Positions 9,701 through 17,270 of a stretch of 64,000 nucleotides of DNA are shown here, in pieces. The stretch's first letter is position 1, and every line of letters starts with the position of its first letter. The translations under genes and the position numbers were made by a program. The DNA comes from Patescibacteria group bacterium. Lineage in GTDB: Bacteria > Patescibacteriota > Minisyncoccia > Phycocordibacterales > PALSA-1337. The notes under the pieces are model-generated. The model did no database searches. It worked only from the letters and a program-made list of their open reading frames with translations, and was not told where the DNA came from. Location of the stretch: contig JAZKDJ010000001.1 of NCBI GenBank assembly GCA_040387635.1, positions 243,851 through 307,850 on the forward strand, read 5' to 3'.

Positions 9701-12019
9701 ATCAGTTCGCATCAATATCCTCTTGACCACTACCTGCTTTCCAGAATCCAAAGGGTTAAACAATGACGCATATACATGACCGAAACCTGCTGATCCAGCC
9801 AACGTTCCAAGCGTTGCCATGAAATCTTTTTGAGATGTTGGAGTGGATACTTGCTCCTTCCAATCAAACAGAACTTTCACTCTAAAGTCCGTATCTCCTG
9901 CTCCGTCCTGATATAAAGTAATTCCCTGACCTTCCTGGAGAACAAGCCTCTCACCCACAAATTCATGATCTACGTGACCAGACAACTGAGGAGCGGCAGT
10001 AGTCGGAGCCGCTCCCGGACTTGTAATCGATATTAGTGATGAACTTGTTGTACCCGTAAGTGTAACCGTAGGACCAGCAATACGAACCTGCGCAACACTT
10101 ACTGCCGACGATGTACTCTTTCGCATTAGATCGCTTGCTGTAATTGCAGTACCCGCCGAAGCAGCACTGATTCGAAGTACCCTAATTGGTACGTATGTCG
10201 CAGCTGCTACAGCATCAACTTTTATACCAATCTTGTTCAACAAAATTGTCTTTCCGGATCCTGATGGATTAAAAAAACTAACGTACTGATATGGGTTAGT
10301 CGCTGAACCAGCAACAGAACCAGTACTCCAAAGATATTCTCCTTGTGCTGTAGGCGCTCCAACCTGCTCCTTCCATTCTATGAGCAACTTCACTCGCATG
10401 TCGATGTCGCCTGCTGCAGACTGGAACAAAGCAATTCCTTCACCAGGAGCCAACACTAGATATTCGTCTCCACTAGTCAAAGGCAGATCATACTGAGCAA
10501 TCTGCTGTCCGACTGCACCTGGAGTCGTAAGTGTGAGTAGTGTTGCATTACCACTTCCTGATTTGACGACGGTTGGGTTTCCATAACGGATTTCTGCAAT
10601 AGTCGTAGCAGACGTGGAAGCCTTCTTGGGTACATTGGCGGCAGTAATTTGAGTTCCTCCAGTAGCGGAGCCTATTCTCTGGATCGAGAGCGGAACATAG
10701 ACAGCCGTTGTAGTCGCCTCAACCCTAGGAATGATTCTTTTGACGAGAATGTGTTTACCTGAAGCAGCTGGATTAAAAAAGGAAACGTAGTTATATCCGT
10801 TCGTAATGTTTCCTGCCACTGGTCCCACATTTAAAATATATTCTCCTTGTGCGGTTGGTGTAGCAGTCTGTTCAGCCCATTCCACAGACAGTCTCACCAC
10901 CTGATCGATGTCACCAGTAGCACTTGAAACAAGAGCAAGTCCTTCGCCTGGACTCAATACTATATATTCGCTTGTAGTTGCAAAAAGAAGTTCAAAGTGG
11001 CTGACAGGTTCTGACGCAGCTGCAGGAGGTGTTACTTCCATTATCTTTGATTCCGTCACTGTACCCGCAAGTGTAGCTGTCACACCTGTGTGACGAATAT
11101 CCATAATAGAAGTTGCTGAGTCGTTATGCTTCTCCGGAATGTTTGCGGCTAGGATCTGCGTACCTGCTGATGCGGCAGTAATTCGGCGGATATAAATGCT
11201 GTTGGTATAAATAGCAGCCGTGTCAGCATCGACATCGATACTAAGCCGCTTCACAAGCACAGATTTTCCAGAGCTAGCAGGATTGAAAAACGTAGCGTAC
11301 TTATAGTCAGTAACTGCCGCCACTTCTACCCTTGGAAATGACAGTATATATTCATTGAGTGCTGTAGGAGTACTCGTTGTTTCTTCCCAACCAAGGTTGA
11401 GAGTAATTCTTTGGTCTGCATCTCCAACAGCTTCCTGGTATAGAGCAATACCCTCTCCTGCCTTGAGGACGATAGGCTCGGTAGAATCAAAAAGCATTTC
11501 TTCTTCAGAGGTATTTGAACCTGCCACTCCCGGCGCTGTAATTGCATTCATTCGGGAATCTGCAGTTCCAGCAAATGCGACAGTAACGTTGGTGTGACGA
11601 ATAGTTGCCATCGGAGAAGCCGAAAGATTATTTTTCTTAACAATTTCTGGAATATCTATACCAGTACCCACTGTTGCCGATGTAATTCTTCGGATCGTAA
11701 GGTTCTGATATGTGGCAGCGGCCACAGCGTTCGCCAGAATCTTCATTCTATTAATAGAGATTGTACGAGTACTGGTAGCAGGATTGAAAATCGTAGCGTA
11801 CACATAGTTAGCAGCAGTGCTTCCCGTGACAGGACCAATGGATATCATGTATTGGTTTGCTGCAGGATTGGTTGCGGCCTCAACAGTTCGAGCAAGAGGC
11901 AGCTGGAAAATTTCCGCAGCTCCTAGACTGAATAGAACATAGAAGCAAAGCACCACGCATGTCATGAGCTTTTTACCGAATGTTTTTGCAATGCGATGTA
12001 TGTGTCGTATCGTCCTCAT
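6719..12019 (-). CDS. Giant (1766 aa) surface protein: signal/TM, 5 tandem ~170-aa modules, beta-helix-like Gly/Thr/Asn-rich segments flanking a LamG (Laminin_G_3-like) domain, C-terminal subunit-like domain
   Basis: Uninterrupted 5.3 kb ORF. LamG motifs are HWKFDEGVGTDAADSSGTGNAGTL..GGLQFDGTDDYVDL..WTHVVGVV..VYVDG..LDDVRIYNRALTSDEV (nt ~7760-8398). The C-terminal 160 aa (nt 6722-7201) are homologous to the 5998..6627 protein. Confidence 0.85.
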   Translation of the reverse strand: MRTIRHIHRIAKTFGKKLMTCVVLCFYVLFSLGAAEIFQLPLARTVEAATNPAANQYMISIGPVTGSTAANYVYATIFNPATSTRTISINRMKILANAVAAATYQNLTIRRITSATVGTGIDIPEIVKKNNLSASPMATIRHTNVTVAFAGTADSRMNAITAPGVAGSNTSEEEMLFDSTEPIVLKAGEGIALYQEAVGDADQRITLNLGWEETTSTPTALNEYILSFPRVEVAAVTDYKYATFFNPASSGKSVLVKRLSIDVDADTAAIYTNSIYIRRITAASAGTQILAANIPEKHNDSATSIMDIRHTGVTATLAGTVTESKIMEVTPPAAASEPVSHFELLFATTSEYIVLSPGEGLALVSSATGDIDQVVRLSVEWAEQTATPTAQGEYILNVGPVAGNITNGYNYVSFFNPAASGKHILVKRIIPRVEATTTAVYVPLSIQRIGSATGGTQITAANVPKKASTSATTIAEIRYGNPTVVKSGSGNATLLTLTTPGAVGQQIAQYDLPLTSGDEYLVLAPGEGIALFQSAAGDIDMRVKLLIEWKEQVGAPTAQGEYLWSTGSVAGSATNPYQYVSFFNPSGSGKTILLNKIGIKVDAVAAATYVPIRVLRISAASAGTAITASDLMRKSTSSAVSVAQVRIAGPTVTLTGTTSSSLISITSPGAAPTTAAPQLSGHVDHEFVGERLVLQEGQGITLYQDGAGDTDFRVKVLFDWKEQVSTPTSQKDFMATLGTLAGSAGFGHVYASLFNPLDSGKQVVVKRILMRTDAAAAAAYVPMSLRRITAASGGTLISTADIPKKHTDTASSSVELRRTGVTVTMSSATTSRLFSEITPAVAGQAIGGNENVFGTGYELALNPGEGIALYQESTGDVDHRVQMKIVWSETGVYSLSGTLYSDEGSTQITTGGKVIKARVDGFDTYSTTTLSGSGFWTILMDGEVAKLGKAVTVWVDGDSTTRAVTVTKASTTANLPNIDLYRNRVTVKHEGTSGTSTTITDFAKYDADNDSDIPFTANSGVLNVFKDQELFVYAGKVFAPGGPVTIHGNASSTTDGSIHIDDGASIIAGGAITLAGSWLADAGSTFVATTSGEIIFNATTTGKTIAGALTGNAALGTTTFNGVGGAWTFSNNASTTGFVITNGTVTAPPLLTVLGSYLNNGTFNNNSGTIYFANASSTQTISGTLTGSSAFSTVSFIGSTTPVNPATFVGHWKFDEGVGTDAADSSGTGNAGTLTNGPTWTTGQFDGGLQFDGTDDYVDLGNNASLEIPFPITFSVWINQSDFTVTRSVVSTDGTPAVYAGAELRIGADRSVILEYGNNGGLGAANRRSKVSTSMITSGAWTHVVGVVNGFSDMVVYVDGVLETGAGSYSGSAASMVYSATTAKIGAAVWGGSAFLGSLDDVRIYNRALTSDEVTDLYTSNSTRMKQFNNNASTTNIVIDSNSKVIAPSSLTVSGNYTNNGIFSHNGGTTTFNGTSQQTLSGNMVATSSFSGLQITNNSGSDPDTTPSVIFASAASSTYFTATTPSTKLRFAAGEGYTFTNMWLNGQAAGTRVQLRSSVSSSPWKLFVSAVQSVFNTNPKDSDASGGDQIEASDTSNLDGTGNSNWNFGGTVTCSSNITSTTFSALSLAQVETASPNATTTFSCGSGSGCSLSASSAGDGVSPGLATTSPAYLIPSLTATLSAGTEGYGIQAATSSAGTGSTLAISPTFLKTGNDVGGLAIANSVIASSTSSFSSREVVITHKAAIAATTPVGNYVDTITYSCLSN
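6930..6973. repeat. 44-nt exact repeat, copy B (within the C-terminal domain of the giant gene)
   Basis: Identical to 6209..6252. A second short identical block, gagacctgggcttac, occurs at 6313..6327 and 7025..7039. Confidence 0.9.
9347..11857 (-). repeat. Five tandem, diverged ~170-aa (~510 nt) protein modules inside the giant ORF
   Basis: Approximate repeat boundaries are aa 55-220, 221-390, 391-559, 560-730 and 731-891. The shared pattern is Y.Y(AV)(ST)(FL)FNP..SGK..(LV)VKR(IL)....DA..AA.Y(VT)......RI..A(ST).GT.I.A..(IV)P(KE)K......S.......G.TV...G...........PG......GE.(LI)(VA)L.PGEG(IL)AL(YF)Q...GD.D.RV.....W.E(QT)...PTAQ. Confidence 0.85.
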
Positions 12020-12022
12020 GTA

Positions 12023-13990
12023 CTATTCGCTCAAATTAAGAAGGGATTTCTCCGCCTCGTCGAGGTTGGTATCAAAGTCTGTAGACTTCCTGTAATTATT
12101 AACGGCATTGATGTCATTCTCAGAAAACACCTCACCTCTACCCTTTGCATCTATGAAATAAAATTCATGGCTGCCAATAATTATTTTCCAAGGCAAATTG
12201 GCAAAGGTTACTTCGCCACGCTGACCCAACGCTGGATCGAAAGCAGGAATTTTCTTTTGATACCATACCTCCTTATCAAGATCGTAAGCGTTCACGATAG
12301 TTTTGCCGTTGCTAAGCCAAATTATATGTTTCGCGTAGAGTCCAAGAGGAAAATTATCAGGCGGACTCAGTACATCAACATTCGCAGTTACGTCTCCTGA
12401 AGGACCTACAAGCCAGAGCATGAACTGTTCTGGAAGATCGATAGGCGATGGCTCACCTTCTGTAGTAAGCGAAGTTACGCCGTACTGAGTCTCATCAGTC
12501 GTTGTTGCCTCTGTTTCTGATTCTACTTCTGCATCTGCTTCAGGCACGGTAACAACAATTTGCTCTGTAGTAGTACTTTCGTCTACAGGAGTTGGTATCG
12601 ATGACGTAAGCATAACAACAGTTCCATTAGAGTAGCCCTTAATATCCCAAACTCGCTCCTGGCCAAGCTGAAGCGGCTTTGTAGGCACTATGAATGCTTC
12701 TCTTTCTACAATCTCAGTGACTTTGAGACTTTCAAATTCAATTTCAACTGACATCGCATCCAAATAGATAGACTGTGCAGCATCGCTGAACGGCATGCTC
12801 TCAATAGCGATCTGGAGCTTGCTTATATCTGAGATACTTTCGAGAACGCCCTCTGGAATCTCAAAGCTTTCTCGATAAAAGTTAAGGCTGGTTATTTTCT
12901 CTAACTCCGTCCAGGTTACTCCATCGAGAGTATATTTGATGACGAACAAAGCTGGTGATTCTACTGGAACTGGCGTAGCCTCTTCTGTTTCTGTAGATGT
13001 CGCAGATTCTGTAACAGACTCAGGAACAATTGCCTCTGCCGCAGTTGCCTCAAGAGGAACTTCAGTTTCCTCAGCCTCCTGTGCTGATGTTGTAGAGACC
13101 TCTATGTTTTCCTGAGCAAACACTTCCCTACCTAGGGTGAAATGCTCGAAGAATGAATTCAAAAATGAAGACTCGCCAGAACTTTCTTCCTGGCTTGAAC
13201 TTTCTGGTTCTGACTGCTCTTCTTCTTCCTCTTCCTCCTCCTGTTCCTCTTGCTGAGGCTCTTCTTCTTGTTCTTTTTCCTCTACCTTAGGTTCTTCTTT
13301 TTCTTCAACACTCTCCTCTTTCGCTTCTTCAGACTCTGTCGGTTTCTCTTCAACCTTTTCTTCTTCGGGTTTTACTACTGGCTCTTCTTTCGTTTCTTCT
13401 TTCTCTTCTACAGGTGGTGCAACTATTTCTTCTGGCTTTTCTTCAGAATTAATAATCGAAGGAAGAGCTGAGGCTCCGTTAGTATTATTTGGCGTACTCG
13501 AAGCTGCTTCTGACGGAGTCGTTGACGCTGCGCTCTCCGCTTCCTTCTCAGCCTTGTCTTCGTCATACACTTCGTTAGTTACTGTTTCAGGAATGATTGG
13601 CTGATCGTCCTTGAGAGTTTTTGAAATCCAAGAAAATTTCAAAGAAATCTTAGTCGATGTTGCATACTCTGGAATCTCACCTTCAAATTTTCCACAAAAA
13701 ATAGTAGACAGGCGATCCTTCAGGACTGCTGAGTTGGTATCTGTATATGCGTCGAAGCTGCCATCGATGACATCAGGCCTTCCTTCTGCGTTCTGAACGT
13801 TTTCCCAGCCTCCTAAACATGTCGAAGGATAGAATACACTGAGTCCTGCACGGGCAGATGATGGCGGAAAGACGTTATATACAAGCAGGAATAGAACGAT
13901 GGCTCCGCATACGAGCAGGAGGGCTAGCTTCTTACGACTTTTTAAGCTCATCTTGAGAGAATTCACTTGTGTATTATATCGCATCAACAT
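12023..13990 (-). CDS. Hypothetical N-terminally anchored protein with an extremely acidic Glu-rich low-complexity region
   Basis: 655 aa with TM helix LALLLVCGAIVLFLLVY. The Glu/Lys/Pro-rich stretch includes EEQEEEEEEEEQSEPESS. The stop codon lies 3 nt before the giant gene's ATG at 12019, so translational coupling is likely. Confidence 0.6.
   Translation of the reverse strand: MLMRYNTQVNSLKMSLKSRKKLALLLVCGAIVLFLLVYNVFPPSSARAGLSVFYPSTCLGGWENVQNAEGRPDVIDGSFDAYTDTNSAVLKDRLSTIFCGKFEGEIPEYATSTKISLKFSWISKTLKDDQPIIPETVTNEVYDEDKAEKEAESAASTTPSEAASSTPNNTNGASALPSIINSEEKPEEIVAPPVEEKEETKEEPVVKPEEEKVEEKPTESEEAKEESVEEKEEPKVEEKEQEEEPQQEEQEEEEEEEEQSEPESSSQEESSGESSFLNSFFEHFTLGREVFAQENIEVSTTSAQEAEETEVPLEATAAEAIVPESVTESATSTETEEATPVPVESPALFVIKYTLDGVTWTELEKITSLNFYRESFEIPEGVLESISDISKLQIAIESMPFSDAAQSIYLDAMSVEIEFESLKVTEIVEREAFIVPTKPLQLGQERVWDIKGYSNGTVVMLTSSIPTPVDESTTTEQIVVTVPEADAEVESETEATTTDETQYGVTSLTTEGEPSPIDLPEQFMLWLVGPSGDVTANVDVLSPPDNFPLGLYAKHIIWLSNGKTIVNAYDLDKEVWYQKKIPAFDPALGQRGEVTFANLPWKIIIGSHEFYFIDAKGRGEVFSENDINAVNNYRKSTDFDTNLDEAEKSLLNLSE
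13170..13450 (-). repeat. Low-complexity GAA/GAG-rich (poly-Glu coding) tract
   Basis: The plus strand is dominated by ttcttc/ctcttc runs. It encodes EEKPEE..VEEKEETKEEP..EEQEEEEEEEEQ. Confidence 0.7.
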
Positions 13991-14058
13991 AAAGCACCCT
14001 ATGCCTCTTATTCACAGATGAAGGAGGTATAGGGTGCTTTATCGAAAACAATCTAAAT

Positions 14059-14826
14059 TTAGTTCTTTTTATCCATATTCTGGATCTGGTTCTTCGCAAA
14101 TCCCTCAAAGGCTCGAAGAATTTCAAGCGGGATAGCAAACACAACTGTGTTTGATTGATCCGAAGAGATATCATTCATCGCCTGGAGAGTTCGAAGATGA
14201 AGCGCTCCTGGAACCATAGCGAGATTCTTCGCAGCATCCGCCATGTTCTGAGAAGCCGCAAGCTCTCCTTCTGAAGTGATGATAACAGCTCGCTTCTCTC
14301 GCTCTGCCTCAGCCTGCTTAGCGATAGTTCGTTCCATATCAGGTGGAAGACTCACATCCTTGAGCTCTACGTTAGCCACATGAAGACCCCACTGGTCAGT
14401 CTCCTTCTCAACAATCTCACGGATTCTGTCCGCAATCTTGTCTCTGTTTGCAAGAAGCTCATCAAGCGTGACTTCACCTACGATATTTCGCATTGTAGTC
14501 TGCGCATACTGAGAAACTGCGTATCGAAAGTTCTCTACTTCGATAATAGCCTTCTCAGCTGATGCAACCTTGTAATAAATAACCGCGTTCACTCGCACTG
14601 ACACGTTATCTCGTGTAATAGCATTCTGATCAGGAACGTCTACAGCCTTTGTTCGCATGTCTACCTTCTGGTAGCTCTGAAACACAGGAATCACAAGTCT
14701 CCATCCCGGCTCCATGATTCTAGTAAAACGTCCCATCGTAAACTTAACCCCTCGCTCGTATTGGTTAATTTGCTTGAGCGAAACGACAAGTAAAACGAAA
14801 ATTATTACTCCAATGATTATTTCCAT
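14059..14826 (-). CDS. SPFH/band-7 (stomatin-like) membrane protein
   Basis: 255 aa with an N-terminal TM helix. It then reads QYERGVKFTMGRF..PGWRLVIPVFQSYQKVDMRTKAVDVPDQNAITRDNVSVRVNAVIYYKV...AQTTMRNIVGEVTLDELL..R..I...EAEREKRAVIITSEGE, the classic stomatin/PHB pattern. Confidence 0.9.
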   Translation of the reverse strand: MEIIIGVIIFVLLVVSLKQINQYERGVKFTMGRFTRIMEPGWRLVIPVFQSYQKVDMRTKAVDVPDQNAITRDNVSVRVNAVIYYKVASAEKAIIEVENFRYAVSQYAQTTMRNIVGEVTLDELLANRDKIADRIREIVEKETDQWGLHVANVELKDVSLPPDMERTIAKQAEAEREKRAVIITSEGELAASQNMADAAKNLAMVPGALHLRTLQAMNDISSDQSNTVVFAIPLEILRAFEGFAKNQIQNMDKKN

Positions 14827-14883
14827 ACTTCAATTAAACCACCTATGCATCCTAGTGACAAGCAAAGATAACGAGTATATTTG

Positions 14884-14956
14884 AGCCGTTGATGAGGATT
14901 GAACTCATGACCTCCCCATTACCAATGGAGTGCTCTACCAACTGAGCTACAACGGC
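14884..14956 (-). tRNA. tRNA-Thr (anticodon GGT)
   Basis: The reverse complement GCCGTTGTAGCTCAGTTGGTAGAGCACTCCATTGGTAATGGGGAGGTCATGAGTTCAATCCTCATCAACGGCT forms a cloverleaf with anticodon loop TTGGTAA. Confidence 0.9.
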
Positions 14957-15040
14957 ACTATGTTTAAAAACAACAGTTAAAACATAATACACTAGTTCCC
15001 TAGTTTTTCAATTAATTTTACTGAGGCTCTGAAACCTAGC

Positions 15041-16288
15041 TTATGAAGCAATCACACCGTGAAATGGTAGCGGCAAACGCCTGAAAATATTAGCCTGTTG
15101 GTTTGGAAATTTCTTGAAGCTTGAACCCAGTGACACGGCCCCATCGCCATATTTAGATGTCAGCTTATCAACGGCTTTGAAGACATTTCTCAGAGCGCCC
15201 GTCCTGTCAGCATTGCCGAAGAAATCCTGTTGGACCACAACAACGCTCCGCATTTCACTTAACGTAACTCCTGATGCTCTATAGAGCATGTCAGAGTCGT
15301 GGACCTGAGAGAACGCCTTACGTATCTGAGGCATGATGTCATGCGGCACGTTGGTGTACGCAGGAAGAAACACTTCCGCTGAGTGTATTCGCATAAAGCG
15401 GTCCTTGATAAAAAAGTGTACTCTCCTACTCTCCAGATTATGTGAACGAGCACGCTCACATACAGCTTCGAGATGTTTAGACAGCTCTCGAAGCAACGGC
15501 TCAACCGAAGATGTAAAAGGCCTGAATGATCGAGTATCCGAAATAGACTTAAGCGGCTCAACGCATTCGTCCGGCACTCTGTTGTAGCCACCAACACTAA
15601 AGACTTTCTCACCCCGAAGCTCTCGCCATATCTCTCTCATAGGCAACGAGAAATTTTCTTTGATCCACCATTCTGGCTTACTTATGAAATTGCCAACTGT
15701 ATTAATTCCCTGAGCATGAAGGAAAGCTGTTCCACTTCTTCCAATTCCCCACACCTTACCTATAGGTACCTCATTAATTACTGAAGACATATTCTCCGCA
15801 TTGATCACAGTAACTCCCAAAGGCTTCTTGTGCTTGGAAGCGAGCTTCGCAAGCACCTTGGTTGGTCCTGCACCAAAAGAAACTCCAATGCCGAGCTGAG
15901 ACGTAACGTCATCCTGCATGCGCTTGAGAAGATTCGCCACCTCCTCAAATGTTCTCATACCAAGATCAGCAAAACATTCATCTATGCTGTAGCGCTGAAT
16001 TGATCCTACGTATTTTTCAATAATGGAAAACATACTCTCAGAATAAAGTTCGTATGACCTAAAGTCTGATCCGACGATGATAGCCTGTGGGCACATTTTC
16101 TTCACCATGAATATAGGCATGCCACGCTGGACTCCCAAAGCTTTTGCTTCATATGAAAACGCCGTAGCAATACTTTTGTCTCTTCCTACTACGACAGACT
16201 TGCCCTTGAGGGAGCTGTTCTTGGCGATCTCCACTGAAGCGAAGAATGCGTCGCCGTCGAGATGTAGTATGTAGTTTGTTTTTTCCAT
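15041..16288 (-). CDS. dinB: Y-family translesion DNA polymerase (Pol IV/DinB-like N-terminal motif; operonic with a UmuD-like gene)
   Basis: 415 aa. ILHLDGDAFFASVEIAKNSSLKGKSVVVG...YSIDECFADL carries the Y-family catalytic motifs. It lies 33 nt downstream of the S24 peptidase gene. Confidence 0.8.
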   Translation of the reverse strand: MEKTNYILHLDGDAFFASVEIAKNSSLKGKSVVVGRDKSIATAFSYEAKALGVQRGMPIFMVKKMCPQAIIVGSDFRSYELYSESMFSIIEKYVGSIQRYSIDECFADLGMRTFEEVANLLKRMQDDVTSQLGIGVSFGAGPTKVLAKLASKHKKPLGVTVINAENMSSVINEVPIGKVWGIGRSGTAFLHAQGINTVGNFISKPEWWIKENFSLPMREIWRELRGEKVFSVGGYNRVPDECVEPLKSISDTRSFRPFTSSVEPLLRELSKHLEAVCERARSHNLESRRVHFFIKDRFMRIHSAEVFLPAYTNVPHDIMPQIRKAFSQVHDSDMLYRASGVTLSEMRSVVVVQQDFFGNADRTGALRNVFKAVDKLTSKYGDGAVSLGSSFKKFPNQQANIFRRLPLPFHGVIAS

Positions 16289-16321
16289 AATGAATTTAAA
16301 ATAAAAGATTATTAAAACGTC

Positions 16322-16666
16322 CTAATACTTCCGAATGACTGACCTCACCACTCCTTCAACATTCAAATGGTCCTTGGGGTACATGGGCGAATAATGAGAG
16401 TTGGCAGCTTCGAGAAACGGTCGGCCATGCTGCTCTCTGTAATACTTGAGCGTGTGCTCTCCATCAATATCTGCAACCACTATCTCTCCCGGACGTGCAG
16501 CATCTGTACGCTCTACGATCACCATATCCCCATCGATGATGCCTGCGTCTTTCATGGAGTTGCCTTTGACCCTCATGAGATACGAAGCTTCTTTGCGCGG
16601 GATAAGATAGTCATCGAGAGTGATGGTATCTGAATTTTTATCGCTGAGATGATTGAATGCGCTCAT
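16322..16666 (-). CDS. S24 peptidase, UmuD-like (no DNA-binding domain, no recognisable N-terminal cleavage segment)
   Basis: 114 aa. LDDYLIPRKEASYLMRVKGNSMKDAGIIDGDMVIVERTDAARPGEIVVADIDGEHTLKYY carries the Ser (GNSM) / Lys dyad context of LexA/UmuD. Confidence 0.8.
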   Translation of the reverse strand: MSAFNHLSDKNSDTITLDDYLIPRKEASYLMRVKGNSMKDAGIIDGDMVIVERTDAARPGEIVVADIDGEHTLKYYREQHGRPFLEAANSHYSPMYPKDHLNVEGVVRSVIRKY

Positions 16667-16672
16667 GACTCA

Positions 16673-16702
16673 AGTATAGGTGAACAATCGTTCACCTGTC
16701 AA
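16673..16702 (-). promoter_or_regulatory. Predicted sigma-70-type promoter with an SOS (Cheo-type) operator filling the spacer; probably gives a leaderless mRNA
   Basis: The minus strand reads TTGACA-ggtgaacgattgttcacc-TATACT-tgagtc-ATG. The palindrome GGTGAAC-N4-GTTCACC spans 16679..16696 and contains GAAC-N4-GTTC. The -10 ends 6 nt before the ATG at 16666. Confidence 0.65.
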
Positions 16703-16759
16703 TTAAATGTGGGGAAAATCTGTAGATATCCTCGCCCACCCTTCAGGTATACTGTAGCC

Positions 16760-17212
16760 ATGAACATTAAAGCCATCGATCATCAAATCTTAAACTTCCT
16801 TCAGAGAATAAGCGTCCCGCTTGCGCGATTTTCCCTATTCGTTATTTTCTTTTGGTTTGGACTTTTAAAAGTTATTGGCGAGAGCCCTGCAGGTGAGATG
16901 GTGGAATCTCTTTTTACTCAAACTATTTCTTTCATGAGCTTCCCTACATTCATGCTGCTGTTTGCATGGTTCGAAGTTCTCATCGGAATTCTTTTCCTTA
17001 TTCCAAAAGCAACTCGACTCGTTTTTCTCCTTCTCATCATTCACATGATTACGACTCTCGGTCCACTTATCATGCTTCCAGAAATGACATGGGCAGGCTT
17101 CCTCATTCCTACAATGGAAGGACAATACATTATTAAAAACCTTGTTATCATCGCCACAGCTATTGCAGTAGCAGCGCATGTGAGACCGATGGATGGAGAT
17201 ATAAGAAAATAG
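16760..17212 (+). CDS. Small polytopic membrane protein (DoxX/DUF417-like)
   Basis: Taken from the internal ATG at 16760: MNIKAIDHQILNFLQRISVPLARFSLFVIFFWFGLLKV.. with 4 hydrophobic helices. The 5' part of the track ORF (16649..) overlaps the umuD-like gene and its promoter. A hairpin terminator follows. Confidence 0.55.
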   Translation: MNIKAIDHQILNFLQRISVPLARFSLFVIFFWFGLLKVIGESPAGEMVESLFTQTISFMSFPTFMLLFAWFEVLIGILFLIPKATRLVFLLLIIHMITTLGPLIMLPEMTWAGFLIPTMEGQYIIKNLVIIATAIAVAAHVRPMDGDIRK

Positions 17213-17227
17213 TCAGGATGATAAAAA

Positions 17228-17253
17228 CCCGTTGCACACAGCAACGGGTTTTT
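17228..17253. terminator. Bidirectional rho-independent terminator
   Basis: cccgttgc-acaca-gcaacggg is flanked by an A-run upstream and a T-run downstream. It sits between convergent genes ending at 17212 (+) and 17271 (-). Confidence 0.75.
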
Positions 17254-17270
17254 CGAATCGCAAGGATCTA

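Noticed and set aside
13170-13450. ttcttc-rich region as a tandem DNA repeat or CRISPR-like array
   Set aside because: It has no regular unit length or spacer structure. It sits in frame within a long ORF and simply encodes a poly-Glu/Lys low-complexity segment.
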